Shown here in pieces: positions 21,021 through 32,207 of a DNA stretch of 64,000 nucleotides (the stretch's first letter is position 1; every line of letters begins with the position of its first letter). The position numbers and the translations under genes were made by a program. Where the stretch lies: the NCBI GenBank assembly GCA_963666285.1, contig OY762711.1; one strand, given 5' to 3'. The notes beneath the pieces were generated by a model. It was not told the DNA's origin and made no database searches. It was given only the letters and a program-made list of their open reading frames with translations. Source of the DNA: Sedimentisphaerales bacterium (lineage in GTDB: Bacteria > Planctomycetota > Phycisphaerae > Sedimentisphaerales > SM23-30).

Positions 21021-21896
21021 TTAATTGATATCCGGTTCTGTTGAACGTGTCCATAACCAGTTATTTGCCAGGATTGCAACATCTAGCATGTTGACATATC
21101 CATCATTATTAATATCTGCGCTGTTTTTTAGTAATTCTAATTCGAAGTATACTGGAGAGCTGACTGAAGCATATCTGAAGCTGGTATCTGTTTGATGAAC
21201 GGAACATCCTACCTCAATGAAGATTCCAATTACATCACCGATCTTTGCTTCAAACTCAATTGAGCCGGAATCTGAAAATGAACTATTAGTGAGTATATTT
21301 TCGTGTGAATATATTTCAGTTTCTTCCGTAGGCATACCATTTTCATCGTATTCAGGGTTTAATGCAATGCAGAAGTGATCTCTTCCGGCCGGTCCTCGCA
21401 TCCATACATAAGTATTATCACCTTTGATATCTACGTAAGGGTTCAGGTTTATCGTTACTGATACTTTATCGCCGGCTTTTTCTCCTTCTTCAGAAGGTAT
21501 TATTTTTACAAAATATCCAAGACTGTCAGGTTCATTTGCTGTTGTAAACTGAGAGAGAACGTCTATGTCTGTACCTGATTCATAACTTATGCTGGAAACC
21601 GAACATGATGCATGCAGGTCAGCTAGTTGTTTGTCACAATCCGGAAATGAATTCAGACTCATATATGTGTTGGCGTTTGAGCTGGAATAATTGTTTACTA
21701 TTTCGATGCCAATGTCAGAAAATGAAGTTGTAAATATTTCTGAATCTTCATTGGAAATAGGTCCACTGTAATCGGTACCGGAAATAGAAGTGGTGATTGA
21801 CTGCTGGCCGGAATCATATTGAAGGTCCACGGCATAACTAATTGATGCTGTAACGAACATTGCACAAAAAGTGATAATTTTACTGATCGTATTCAT
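21021..21896 (-). CDS. Secreted protein with C-terminal dockerin/EF-hand-like repeat
   Basis: Start reassigned to MNTISKIITFCAMFVTASISYA (signal peptide, preceded by AGGAG); C-terminal ADINNDGYVNMLDVAILANNWL. Confidence 0.75.
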   Translation of the reverse strand: MNTISKIITFCAMFVTASISYAVDLQYDSGQQSITTSISGTDYSGPISNEDSEIFTTSFSDIGIEIVNNYSSSNANTYMSLNSFPDCDKQLADLHASCSVSSISYESGTDIDVLSQFTTANEPDSLGYFVKIIPSEEGEKAGDKVSVTINLNPYVDIKGDNTYVWMRGPAGRDHFCIALNPEYDENGMPTEETEIYSHENILTNSSFSDSGSIEFEAKIGDVIGIFIEVGCSVHQTDTSFRYASVSSPVYFELELLKNSADINNDGYVNMLDVAILANNWLWTRSTEPDIN

Positions 21897-22240
21897 AATA
21901 GTCTTTTCTCCTAAGAAATATATTAAAAACAGTAAATGAACTCTAATATAAAATTTAAAAAGACATGCGTGCAATTGAAGTTTGAAATTATTTTAGCTAA
22001 TTGAAACAATAATTTATTTATATGTCCGAATATTGGGATAATAACGGTTAAAATAATAAAACAGGGAGAATGTGATAATTATATCGTTTATGACTTGTGG
22101 CCGGTAACGAATTATTGCTTAAACAGCGTTTATAATTGCAGGTGTAAAAGTTTAGAGATATTTTAAATAGTGAAACTGAGTATAAAGGCAACCTCAGCAA
22201 TTTCCAGAGGTCACCTAAAGTTTTACTTAAGAAACTTTAC

Positions 22241-22942
22241 TCAGTTTTGGTTGATTGTTTTTCGCAGCTTAAATAGTTCTCTAAATGCTTTCAGGATTAC
22301 CCGGATGTTGCCGCCGGTTGGCTGACCGAATTTTCTTGGATAATGATTAACTCCGTACTGCACCATGGAGTATCCGGCTTTTTTGGCCCGGGCCAGTACT
22401 TCTGTATCGATCAATGCACCCTGGCTGACCATTTCCATATTATCAAACATTTCACGGAGATATAGTTTGAAAGCGCAATCGATATCACGCAGTCCAAGTT
22501 TGAAAAGTAAATTTACCAGTACGCACCATGCCCAGCCGTTGAGCTTACGAACAAAATTATCCTGCCGGTTTTTACGATAGCAGGTGACTATATCATGTTT
22601 TTCTGCAAGCGGCAGAATATCTATCAGCTCTTTGATATCAAACTGGCAATCGCCATCAGTATAAAACACCCACTCTTTGCTGCAAGCTCGGAAACCACTT
22701 TGCAGTGCGGCACCGTAACCGCTGTTTTTATCGTGATGAACAGCTTTTACCTGTGGATACTTTTCGGCAAGCTGATCAGCTATCTCACCGGTTCTATCGG
22801 CACTGCCGTCGTTGACAATGATTAGTTCGTAGTCATCAGTTATGTCACGCGCAACTCCAATAGCCTTCTCGACAAGAGGCTCAATGTTGTCCTGCTCGTT
22901 ATAGCAGGGAAAAAATATTGATATACTATTAATTGTGCTCAC
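22241..22942 (-). CDS. Glycosyltransferase family 2 (polyprenol-phosphate glycosyltransferase-like)
   Basis: FPCYNE, VNDGSAD, GYGAAL, YTDGD.QF, DIDCAFKL. Confidence 0.92.
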   Translation of the reverse strand: MSTINSISIFFPCYNEQDNIEPLVEKAIGVARDITDDYELIIVNDGSADRTGEIADQLAEKYPQVKAVHHDKNSGYGAALQSGFRACSKEWVFYTDGDCQFDIKELIDILPLAEKHDIVTCYRKNRQDNFVRKLNGWAWCVLVNLLFKLGLRDIDCAFKLYLREMFDNMEMVSQGALIDTEVLARAKKAGYSMVQYGVNHYPRKFGQPTGGNIRVILKAFRELFKLRKTINQN

Positions 22943-22962
22943 TGTTAACCTGTGCTTTTATT

Positions 22963-25344
22963 TTACCAGAATAATTTTGAGTTTTCCCGGTCAATCTTTT
23001 CTCTTAATTTTTCAGCGTATGTTAAATACATGTCATTGTAGAATTTTGCCCGGTCGTTATCTTTATTTGACCTGGCGATAGTTGATTGGTACTGACAAAT
23101 GGCTGCCAGTGTTTCCAGGTTTGACAATCGTCCGAGATCAACTTCATCATCAACAAGTTTTTTCAACCGTTCATAATGATTGTCCAGGATATCTTTGAAT
23201 TCATCCTGTTTGCGGAGCATGCTTTTTGACTGGAATATCAGTGGCAATGCGGCTTTTATGTACTGATCATCTACGGTAGCCAGGAGCTTGTCTGCCTTTA
23301 CTATGTTGTTATAGAATTCAGTGTTATTATTAAGCCGGTTGTTCAAATAATAATGTGCCAGGGATAGAGTACGTGACAATTCATCCGGGTAAACGAGTTC
23401 TTCGACAGGCTTGTCAAACAACTCTTTGTTTTCGGGTGAGTCTACTCTAAAGATCAAAGTAAAACTCTCGTCCATATAGAGAATTTTCCAATTGTCGTTT
23501 TTGCGAAGATATTCTATTGTTCTTTGTGATCTGGCGTTTTTGGCCAGAACAACATTAATACCTTCGTGTTCCAATATTTTGCCATAGAGATTATAATCTA
23601 CCGCCATTGCAAGCAGCAGGTTAAAATATGTTTTACCTTCTCCGTAAGTATCAATTAATTTGTCATATAACCTTGAGGAGTTCTTAGATAGCCTGGTACT
23701 TGAGATTAATTGATCAAGCATTTTCTGGCGTCTTTGCATTTCATTGGAAGCAGAAGGAAAGTTAATATTCATAAACTGCCATTTTTCAAAATGACTTATT
23801 CTATAAGCAGCCTGTGCCCTGCCGTCCATGAATACTTTACATGCGGGAGCCCCAGTTTTCTCGTCTGGAGTCTGACCCCAGGGTACGATACCGCCGTTAG
23901 TCCATTCGTTCAGTACAACGCCGCTGATATGGTTGGCATCGAAAAACGGCATCGCACGAACCGGTTGATCATTAATTCCTACCATGTGCCGAAATACTGT
24001 TCGCTCAATTCCATCAGCAGGAGGTCGAACATAAATATCCTGAACTGCCATGTAGAGTATTATTGTTAAAGCAGCGGTTGATAATATTGCTAAACCTGCT
24101 TCAAATTGTTCAATAAGTTTTGGCTTAAATAATTTCTTCCACATTTGTGCTGTCATTACAAATATCTGCTGGATAAGTATAGCCATAAACGGCGCCAGTA
24201 CAACCGCTGCGAGAAATACAAAACGGCGACTGTCAACAGACATCTTAAGCGTACCGGCAATAATACCGAACCAGGCGAAGTCGAAATCGATAATATCTGG
24301 TTTTTTTTCTTCAGAATTGCATGATGTTTCATCTGGGCGGTACATTATCCTGATGACTATCCAGATTAAAGAAATAAACAGGAATATAGAAGCAAAGACT
24401 ATATAAGGTTTAACGTTACCAAATCCATCGGAAAACAGAGGATGCCATTCTGAAACCTGTCGCCATTTAGAACCATCTTTCCCCATCATAACCATTAGTG
24501 GATGGATAAGGTTTTCTGTACCAAACGGGCTGAAGATCATCGGGGTAAGTACTGTAATAGCAAAACCAATTAGCAGCCAGAGGTAGTCCTTTTTCCAGTC
24601 GCATTTATAGAAAAGGTTTGGGTTAATTTCTGCCATAATATTACTGGCGGCATAACCACCACAGGCAACCCCCATAACTACGATTCCATATATGAACCCA
24701 CCGTGTACGTTCGACCAGATAATCATAACCGGCAGCAGCCAGAGCATAGACTTTGGGTGGCCCGCTTTCCATCTGAACAAAATCTGGAACATAATCGCGG
24801 CCATAAGGATCGTACTTATGTTTGGCCGCATATCGATAAACGATCTGGCGAGCAGTACACCAAATGAAGCGCAAATAGCTGCCAGGAAATAATTTACTTT
24901 TAATGCCCTAGCTGCCCAGAAAGCAAACAGGGCAGTTAATATAGCCTGAATGAATTTGTATACCACTATTGAATTTTCGCCAAATGCCATGTTTAGTTTA
25001 TAGAACATGACATGGCTCAGCCAGTTTTGGTTGACCCATCCTTCACAGTCTTCGATGCCTTTTCTGTATGGGCGGCTGTTGGCACTAAACGGGTCTTTCC
25101 ATGTTACGTGTATGCCGAACAGGTCCAGTATTTTCATCTGAATTGTGCGGTCGAAGTCATTTTTGGCCCATGGTCCAACGGTATAACGTCCGCATGCCAT
25201 AGCGACCCATGTGTCACCGCCGCCTACCGGCTTGTCAGCGCTGTGCAAAGCCGATACTATAACCAGCAGGTAACTGAATATGACAAGTATTATTCCGCAT
25301 AATGCAATTTTTGATCCACTTGTTTTTTCTTCCAACTCACTCAT
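22963..25344 (-). CDS. Polytopic membrane protein, probable GT-C-fold glycosyltransferase
   Basis: About 10 hydrophobic segments; DTW...GR, WVNQNWL, RP, WSNVHGGF, EWHP, VFMDGR; co-directional with GT2. Confidence 0.6.
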   Translation of the reverse strand: MSELEEKTSGSKIALCGIILVIFSYLLVIVSALHSADKPVGGGDTWVAMACGRYTVGPWAKNDFDRTIQMKILDLFGIHVTWKDPFSANSRPYRKGIEDCEGWVNQNWLSHVMFYKLNMAFGENSIVVYKFIQAILTALFAFWAARALKVNYFLAAICASFGVLLARSFIDMRPNISTILMAAIMFQILFRWKAGHPKSMLWLLPVMIIWSNVHGGFIYGIVVMGVACGGYAASNIMAEINPNLFYKCDWKKDYLWLLIGFAITVLTPMIFSPFGTENLIHPLMVMMGKDGSKWRQVSEWHPLFSDGFGNVKPYIVFASIFLFISLIWIVIRIMYRPDETSCNSEEKKPDIIDFDFAWFGIIAGTLKMSVDSRRFVFLAAVVLAPFMAILIQQIFVMTAQMWKKLFKPKLIEQFEAGLAILSTAALTIILYMAVQDIYVRPPADGIERTVFRHMVGINDQPVRAMPFFDANHISGVVLNEWTNGGIVPWGQTPDEKTGAPACKVFMDGRAQAAYRISHFEKWQFMNINFPSASNEMQRRQKMLDQLISSTRLSKNSSRLYDKLIDTYGEGKTYFNLLLAMAVDYNLYGKILEHEGINVVLAKNARSQRTIEYLRKNDNWKILYMDESFTLIFRVDSPENKELFDKPVEELVYPDELSRTLSLAHYYLNNRLNNNTEFYNNIVKADKLLATVDDQYIKAALPLIFQSKSMLRKQDEFKDILDNHYERLKKLVDDEVDLGRLSNLETLAAICQYQSTIARSNKDNDRAKFYNDMYLTYAEKLREKIDRENSKLFW

Positions 25345-25477
25345 ATTATAAGTCCAAATAGTAATTCACTGTATCAGATTTCAGTTCATATTTATTTAAG
25401 ACAAGATATTGCTGTCTAATTGATAGCTGTATCTTGTTTGATATTCATGATTTATATTTCAGAAAACATAAGGATAG

Positions 25478-27334
25478 TTAAGCTATAACTTCCATAGCAA
25501 ACTCAACATTTCCAAATGGTGCGCTAATCGCATAGCCGTCTACAAAGCTGTCGATCTCTTCGATCAGCTCGCGTGCTATAGCAACGCCCAGCTTGCGGCC
25601 TTCTTCCCTGGTTTTGGCCGAGCTCATTCTCTGAAGAATTTTTTCTGGTACTACCACGCCGGGCACTTCGTTTGCCATGAACTCAGCGTTTTTGTAACTC
25701 GTGAAAGGCCAGATACCTGCGATAGTTGGTATACGATAATCTTTGGTAGCTTCCATGAAGCTCCATAGCATATCCGGGTCAAAAATCGGCTGGGTGACAA
25801 CATATTCAGCACCGGCTTTGACTTTCTGTTTGTATCGTTCAATTTCTCGTTCAAGCTCGAAGGCGACGGGGTTAGCGCCAACGCCGATGACGAGTGATAG
25901 TCCGGGTTGAAATTCGTTGCCGGCAACATCGAACCCGCAGTTGAGATTGTTGACAATTTGCGTAAGTCCAATAGCATCAAGGTCGAAGACGGCGGTGGCA
26001 TCTGGATATTCGCCTAATTTAGGCGGGTCACCGGTGATGAGAAGCATATTACGCAAGCCTGCGGCCTGGGCACCGAGCATATCGCTCTGCAGACTAATGA
26101 TGTTTCGGTCTCTGCAGCATACGTGAAGGATCGACTCGATTTGTGCCTGGCGTTCGATTTCGATTGCCGTGATCATAGGAGATAGCCGGCTGCTGGCACG
26201 AGGTCCATCGGGTATGTTGATAGCGTCTATCCCGTTGTCGCGACAAAGTTTAGCTTTATCGATAATAGTTGTAAGGTCAAATCCTCGTGGCGGTGTAACT
26301 TCAATAGAGACGACACGCTGACCGTTTGCGAGCTTATTGGCCCATTTAGATCGCTGCTCGAGCGGTACTGCAGGAGTGCGTTTGGGTTTATCATGTTCAC
26401 TAAGTTCTTTGGTAATAGAGGCTTGAGCTGCGATAGCAGCCTTATCAACCGAGTGAACGGCCCTGGCGATTTCGCGGATATGTTCCGGAGTTGTGCCGCA
26501 GCAGCCGCCGATGATGCGGGCGCCAGATTCGAAAAATCTTTTCGAATATTCAGCGAGATATTCAGGAGTGCTTAGGTATAGCATCCTGCCGTCCACCTCT
26601 TTGGGTAGCCCAGCGTTTGGCTGAACGATGAGCGGTTTTGTAATTTTATCTTTAACTTTTTCCAGGGCGGTGAGCATTAAGGACGGCCCAATTGAGCAGT
26701 TGAAGCCGACGACGTCGGCGTTGGGGTGCTCGGCGATGCTAAGTAGAGCATCGTCGCCCTGATGGCCGTAACTAGTTTCGCTAAAGTGGTTTACTGTCAG
26801 CATTGCTATGGTTGGCATTTCGGGAGCAATTTCAGCGGCGGCAGTCAGCGCGATCTTGAGTTCGGTGGGGTCGGCGAAGGTTTCGAGAATGAAAAAGTCA
26901 ACGCCGTTTTCGCGTAGTGCTTTAAGCTGGGTGGCGAATGCCTCTTGTGCCTGCTGGGCGGTGATGCGTCCGAGCGGAGAGATGCCAGCGCCCAACGGCC
27001 CGACAGAACCTGCGATCATGGTAGTGCCACCGGCGGCGGCTACTGCCTTGCGAGCGATTGCTACGCCTGAGGCGTTGATCTGGTCAACCTTGTCGGCGAG
27101 TCCGAAGCCAGCGAGTTTGATCGGGTTGGCTCCGTAAGTGTTGGTTTCGATGAAGTCAGCGCCTGCTTCGATATAGCTTTTGTGAACCTCTTCGACGAGA
27201 TCTGGCCGTACCAGATTCATTTCATCGAAACATGCGTTGATGAATACGCCTTTCTGGTAGAGCATAGTGCCCATGGCACCGTCGCCGACGAGTATTTTCT
27301 TTTTGATGATATCGAGGAATTCAGTTTTGGTCAT
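25478..27334 (-). CDS. Bifunctional homocysteine S-methyltransferase / methylenetetrahydrofolate reductase (YitJ-like)
   Basis: DGAMGT, GFNC, IGGCCGTTPEHI; C-terminal MTHFR domain (CRDRN, TGDPP, TQPIFD). Confidence 0.93.
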   Translation of the reverse strand: MTKTEFLDIIKKKILVGDGAMGTMLYQKGVFINACFDEMNLVRPDLVEEVHKSYIEAGADFIETNTYGANPIKLAGFGLADKVDQINASGVAIARKAVAAAGGTTMIAGSVGPLGAGISPLGRITAQQAQEAFATQLKALRENGVDFFILETFADPTELKIALTAAAEIAPEMPTIAMLTVNHFSETSYGHQGDDALLSIAEHPNADVVGFNCSIGPSLMLTALEKVKDKITKPLIVQPNAGLPKEVDGRMLYLSTPEYLAEYSKRFFESGARIIGGCCGTTPEHIREIARAVHSVDKAAIAAQASITKELSEHDKPKRTPAVPLEQRSKWANKLANGQRVVSIEVTPPRGFDLTTIIDKAKLCRDNGIDAINIPDGPRASSRLSPMITAIEIERQAQIESILHVCCRDRNIISLQSDMLGAQAAGLRNMLLITGDPPKLGEYPDATAVFDLDAIGLTQIVNNLNCGFDVAGNEFQPGLSLVIGVGANPVAFELEREIERYKQKVKAGAEYVVTQPIFDPDMLWSFMEATKDYRIPTIAGIWPFTSYKNAEFMANEVPGVVVPEKILQRMSSAKTREEGRKLGVAIARELIEEIDSFVDGYAISAPFGNVEFAMEVIA

Positions 27335-27629
27335 TGTATTTTAATAGATATTAGGTTTTAGGTACTAGGTATTAGGGAAGGAAACGCCCCGCCTGAGGCG
27401 GACTTCACTTCGTTCAGCTTCTGCGAGGCTAATGTATTGTTAGCTGACGCAAAAGTTGGCTCCTTTTATAATCGTTGTAATTATATAAGATATAATATTT
27501 TACGTTCAGAGAGTTATTTTTGTTCTGGCCAATAAAAACGGTCCGCACTTAACGGACCGTATGATATTATTATTTATATATAATCGACAGAATAGTGTTC
27601 TGTCATAAGAAAAATGTCAGTTTGGGCGG

Positions 27630-27944
27630 TTAGAATCCGTTAGGGTCGCTGCTGGTGTTGGTGTTCATGTCCATGCCCATATCCAAGCTATCGTCAGCGG
27701 CGGGTTCGGCTGTATCGGCAGCGACGGGAACGGGTTCGGCTTTGGCGACTGCGACGTCTTCGATAGAGCCTGTCTGCTGTATTTTCCTGGCGGTTTCGAG
27801 GTCGAGCTCAACGCTGGAAACGCTGGTGAGACCGTCGTATTTGTAGTCGAATGAAGCAGATTCTTCTTCATCGCAGGATACGACGAAGCATGCCAGAGAA
27901 GCTGTAATAGCAGTTAACCCTATTTTTTTCAGTACATTGCGCAT
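27630..27944 (-). CDS. Small lipoprotein, unknown function
   Basis: Signal peptide with lipobox-like FVVSC, acidic tail, GAGG upstream. Confidence 0.7.
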   Translation of the reverse strand: MRNVLKKIGLTAITASLACFVVSCDEEESASFDYKYDGLTSVSSVELDLETARKIQQTGSIEDVAVAKAEPVPVAADTAEPAADDSLDMGMDMNTNTSSDPNGF

Positions 27945-27973
27945 GTTTTGATACCTCTTGTGACTGTATTTTA

Positions 27974-28000
27974 CTCAAACTGTCCGATGGTCGGTTTGAG
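27974..28000. repeat. 27-bp palindromic repeat (family D)
   Basis: CTCAAACTGTCCGATGGTCGGTTTGAG; another copy at 28172-28198. Confidence 0.7.
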
Positions 28001-29041
28001 GGGCATTAGTTGTTAGGTATTGGGTATTAGGTAAGGATTGCCGCAGAGCGGCAGGCTAGCTAATTTCAACATAAAGAATTTTCTTACAATGTGTTATGTT
28101 AAAACATATTGTAAAATCACTCACTTTGGAATATTTTACATGATTAGATGAATATTTTCAATATTTAATTAGTCAAACTGACCGTTGGCCAGTTTGCGGG
28201 GGGGAAGAAATAAGGGATAAGGGCTGGATGCCGCTGAGCGATAAGTTTATTTAACTTTCTGCCTGGGATAGGGGTGTGTTTGCGGCCAGGGTGTGGCTAA
28301 AATTGAGGGTGGATGGATGTGGTGGTGGGGTGCGGGGAGGTGAAATTCGGTTTAAAAAACAAGGGCCTGTAAAGGGGGGTGGGGAGAGGAACGGCGGTGA
28401 AAAGAGGCAGCGCGGCGGGCGACGGCGGGCAGCGGCGGGGAACGGCGGGGAACGGATTGGACTGAAATTTGGTAAAATCGGGTGATTTTGGGGTTGGGCG
28501 GACCAGAAAATAAGTGATGAGTGAAGAGTTAAGTATGCTTCGCATGTCGCAAGCGAGTGAAGAATTGAGGTGTTCGCCTGGCGGCTCACAACTTGTTTTA
28601 AAGCTGACGCGTAGGTAAAGTTCAATCAAAATTGCGGCATCTGAAGGATGAGATATGAAGGATGAAGGATGAAAAGAGGGAGAGAGTTTAAATTCAAGAA
28701 GGGCGGCATCAAAGTGTAAAGGGTAAAATAAAAAGAGTAAAGGATGTGTCCGCATTCGCGGACGACTTGTTTTAAAGCTGGTGCGGGAGTAAGGATTGAA
28801 CCGCGGATGGAGGCGGATCGGCCTGAGGCGGGCTAAGAGCTAAATCACGAAACACGAGGAGAAGAGGTGGGTTGTCTGAAGTTTGAAGGTGTTTATGCCG
28901 GGGCGGGTTTGGTTGTTGGGGGTTAAAAAGGGGGGAGATTTAAGGGATTATTGCTTTGTTCCGATAGTATAATTATTATATATATGGTTATTTAAGATAA
29001 CTCCTGTATAATAAGATAATTACGAAAGGAATCAAGCTAAA

Positions 29042-29995
29042 GTGAGTCAGAAAGTCAGGACAATTGATCTGTTTTGTGGTGCAGGTGGCAGCAGCTGGGG
29101 GGCGTACTCTGCGGGTGCGGAGCTGGTAGCCGGATTTGATATGTGGGAGACGGTGAAGGATGTTTATAGGGAAAATTTCCCGAAAGCTGAATTTTTTTGT
29201 GGAAAATTAGAGGAAAGTACGCCACAATCGTTGAAAAGGAAAATTGGCAAGGTTGATCTGATACTGGCATCTCCGGAATGTACGAATCATAGTGTGGCCA
29301 AGGGTAATAAGCCCAGATGTGAAAAGAGCAAGGATACGGCGCTGCTGGTATTGAAGTTTGCGAAGGTATTTAAGCCTCGCTGGATGGTGATAGAAAATGT
29401 GGTCAGTATGAAAAACTGGGCTCGGTATCATGAGCTGATAGATGAGATTGAGTCGATGGGATATCATACTCAGACAGAGGTTTTGAATTCGGCTGACTTT
29501 GGTGTGCCACAGAGCAGACGCAGGATGTTTATTTTGTGTGACAGGAAGAGAAAGCCTGATCCGCTGAAAAAGAGTAAACGGAAAGTCAGACCGGTTAAGG
29601 AAGTAATTAATGGAAACGGCAAGTACAGGTATTCGCCGCTGATGATGCCGAAGCGGGCCAAGGCTACGTTGGAGCGTGCCGGACGTGCGATGGAAAACCT
29701 GGGTGAGAAAGAGCCGTTTCTGATTGTGTATTATGGGACAGACCATGCCGGAGGATGGCAGACGGTGGATGTGCCGCTGAGGACGATAACAACAATCGAC
29801 AGATTTGCTTATGTGAAGCCAACTGATGATGGCCATGTAATGAGAATGCTGCAGCCGGAAGAATTGAAACTGGCTATGGGGTGGCCGAAGAATTATCAGT
29901 TTAGTTTTGGCAGCAGACGAGACAAGATAAAAATGATAGGCAATGCGGTTTGTCCACCAGTGATGGAAGCGATTGTAAAGAATTTGATAAAGTAG
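29042..29995 (+). CDS. DNA (cytosine-5)-methyltransferase
   Basis: Motif I DLFCGAGG, motif IV ASPEC, ENV, PQSRRR, motif X IGNAVCP. Confidence 0.93.
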   Translation: MSQKVRTIDLFCGAGGSSWGAYSAGAELVAGFDMWETVKDVYRENFPKAEFFCGKLEESTPQSLKRKIGKVDLILASPECTNHSVAKGNKPRCEKSKDTALLVLKFAKVFKPRWMVIENVVSMKNWARYHELIDEIESMGYHTQTEVLNSADFGVPQSRRRMFILCDRKRKPDPLKKSKRKVRPVKEVINGNGKYRYSPLMMPKRAKATLERAGRAMENLGEKEPFLIVYYGTDHAGGWQTVDVPLRTITTIDRFAYVKPTDDGHVMRMLQPEELKLAMGWPKNYQFSFGSRRDKIKMIGNAVCPPVMEAIVKNLIK

Positions 29996-30002
29996 TTTAT
30001 TA

Positions 30003-32207
30003 TTGGAGTTAAAATTGGTTGATGACATTGGTTATTTTATAAAGCCTGCAGGAAGGCATATAATGACCATTGGTCGAGATTTAATTCATGACCAATGTGC
30101 TGCTGTTTTGGAACTAGTTAAAAATGCCTATGATGCAGATTCACCTCAGGTAACTATTTCATTACTTTGTAATAAAGACAAAGACGGCTTTAAGGTAGTA
30201 ATTGAGGATTCGGGTCATGGTATGACCAGGGATATTGTTATCAATAAATGGTTAGTACCTTCAACAGATGATAAACTTAAAAGAAAAGTTAGTCCCAAAG
30301 GCAGAACGATGCAAGGGAGAAAAGGTGTTGGCAGATATGCTGCATCAATTCTAGGTGATGATTTGCTCTTAGAGACTGTTTCAAGTAGTTGTGAACAAAC
30401 TACAGTATATGTTGAATGGAAGCGGTTCGAAAAAGCAAGGTTTCTTTCTGATGTTGAGATTCTAGTTGATACAGAAAAGACAAATCGTAGTACTCAAACC
30501 AAGTTAACTATCAATAACAATACTAGCTATAAGAATGTTTGGGATAATTTACAGATTAAAAAACTTAAATATGAACTTAAGAAATTGATATCTCCTGTTC
30601 ATGCTATTTCTGAATCAGAAAGCGATGTGTTTAATATTTTAATCAAATATGATGTTATCGAAGATGAGATTATTGATGGAGTTAAGGTTAGAGAAATTGT
30701 TGAGCACTATGAAGAGGAGATTAAGCCCTACCCTATTTTAGATTTATTTGATTATAAAATTTCAGGTACAATCAACAAAGATGGGTATGGTAAATTTAAA
30801 TATTACAATCAAAGGGTAAAGAATTCAATTGTTAAAGATGTGATTATTGATTTAGGGAAGACCACAGGATGTGGTGAAGTTACTTATGACTTAAGAGTGT
30901 ATGATCGAGAAAAAGAAGCTATTGATAATCTTATTTTGAGAGGCCTAAAAGACGATGATGGTAATTATGTAGGTAAATTACAGGCTAGGCAACTATTAAA
31001 TGACTATAATGGTGTTGGTGTCTATAGGAACGGATTTAGAATAAGGCCTCTTGGTGATGCTGATTTTGATTGGTTAAAGCTAAATTCCCAACGTATACAA
31101 AATCCTTCTTTAAAAATAGGAATTAATCAAATTATTGGGTTTGTTTATATCCAATCAGAAGAATTGTCAGGTTTGGAAGAAAAGAGTGCAAGAGATGGCT
31201 TACGTGAAAACGAAGAATATAAAAAGTTGATAGATATTACCCATAAAGTTATTAATGAACTTGAAAATAGACGATTTAGTTATCGCAAAAAAGCCGGACT
31301 TAGCCGTAAAGCAGTTAAGATTGAAAGAGAATTTGAAAAACTTTTTGAGTATAACAGTCTTAAAAAGAGAATAAAAAAGACACTTAGGAATAGTGGTGTT
31401 TTGCCTGAAATGGTGGATAAAATTTCTAATTTAATTGATTCAGAAGGAGAAACTAAAAATAAAGTAGCTGAAGAAATCAAAAGAACTGTAGCTATTTATC
31501 AAGGGCAAGCAACATTAGGAAGAATTGTTAATGTTATCCTTCATGAAGGGAGAAGACCGCTTAACTTTTTTAAAAATCAAGTAGATAATGTAAATTTTTG
31601 GGCTACTCAGCTTAAAGATAATTATTCACAGGAAGCCTTGGATGAAATTGTTCCAATTACAAATGGCTTCGGAGAAAATGCTAAGCATTTTGTTGAGCTA
31701 TTTGGGAGGCTTGACCCACTCGCGGCTAAAAAGAGAAATAAAGCTTGTCAAGTAGACCTTAATGAGACAATTCAAAGTGTGTTCTTAGTTTTTGAAAATG
31801 AACTTTTTGAAAATCAAATTAAATATTCAATCTTATGCCCCCAAGGTACAAAAGTATTTGGATGGAAACAAGATATTTATGTAATACTTACTAATTTGAT
31901 TGATAATAGTATTTTCTGGATGTTAGATAAAAAATCAAAGAAGAAAGAAATTACATTAACCATAGAAGTTTCTGATCAAAAGATAGTATTTATTGACTAC
32001 CGTGATACGGGGCCAGGTATAGAAAAAGAGCTTTTAGATAGTGGTGTTATTTTTGATCCAGAGTTTTCAACTAAAGACGAAGGGTCGGGTTTAGGCTTAG
32101 CTATTGCTGGAGAAGCAGCAAGTCGAAATGGTTTTTCCTTAAAAGCATTTGATTCTGACTCTGGTGCCTATTTCAGGTTACAACCAATTGAAGAAGATGA
32201 GGAATAA
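30003..32207 (+). CDS. GHKL (MORC/Hsp90-like) ATPase fused to histidine kinase
   Basis: N-terminal ELVKNAYDA, EDSGHGM, GRKGVGR; C-terminal H-box ILHEGRRPL, N-box NLIDNS, DTGPGI, FSTK..GSGLGL; no TM segment. Confidence 0.88.
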   Translation: MELKLVDDIGYFIKPAGRHIMTIGRDLIHDQCAAVLELVKNAYDADSPQVTISLLCNKDKDGFKVVIEDSGHGMTRDIVINKWLVPSTDDKLKRKVSPKGRTMQGRKGVGRYAASILGDDLLLETVSSSCEQTTVYVEWKRFEKARFLSDVEILVDTEKTNRSTQTKLTINNNTSYKNVWDNLQIKKLKYELKKLISPVHAISESESDVFNILIKYDVIEDEIIDGVKVREIVEHYEEEIKPYPILDLFDYKISGTINKDGYGKFKYYNQRVKNSIVKDVIIDLGKTTGCGEVTYDLRVYDREKEAIDNLILRGLKDDDGNYVGKLQARQLLNDYNGVGVYRNGFRIRPLGDADFDWLKLNSQRIQNPSLKIGINQIIGFVYIQSEELSGLEEKSARDGLRENEEYKKLIDITHKVINELENRRFSYRKKAGLSRKAVKIEREFEKLFEYNSLKKRIKKTLRNSGVLPEMVDKISNLIDSEGETKNKVAEEIKRTVAIYQGQATLGRIVNVILHEGRRPLNFFKNQVDNVNFWATQLKDNYSQEALDEIVPITNGFGENAKHFVELFGRLDPLAAKKRNKACQVDLNETIQSVFLVFENELFENQIKYSILCPQGTKVFGWKQDIYVILTNLIDNSIFWMLDKKSKKKEITLTIEVSDQKIVFIDYRDTGPGIEKELLDSGVIFDPEFSTKDEGSGLGLAIAGEAASRNGFSLKAFDSDSGAYFRLQPIEEDEE

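Noticed and set aside
27335..27629. SAM or cobalamin riboswitch upstream of the methionine synthesis gene
   Set aside because: No recognisable conserved core by eye; the region is occupied by repeats. An Rfam scan would be needed to exclude it.
28251..28755. ORFs 28251..28625, 28276..28485, 28297..28755
   Set aside because: Low-complexity translations of G-rich and repeat DNA.
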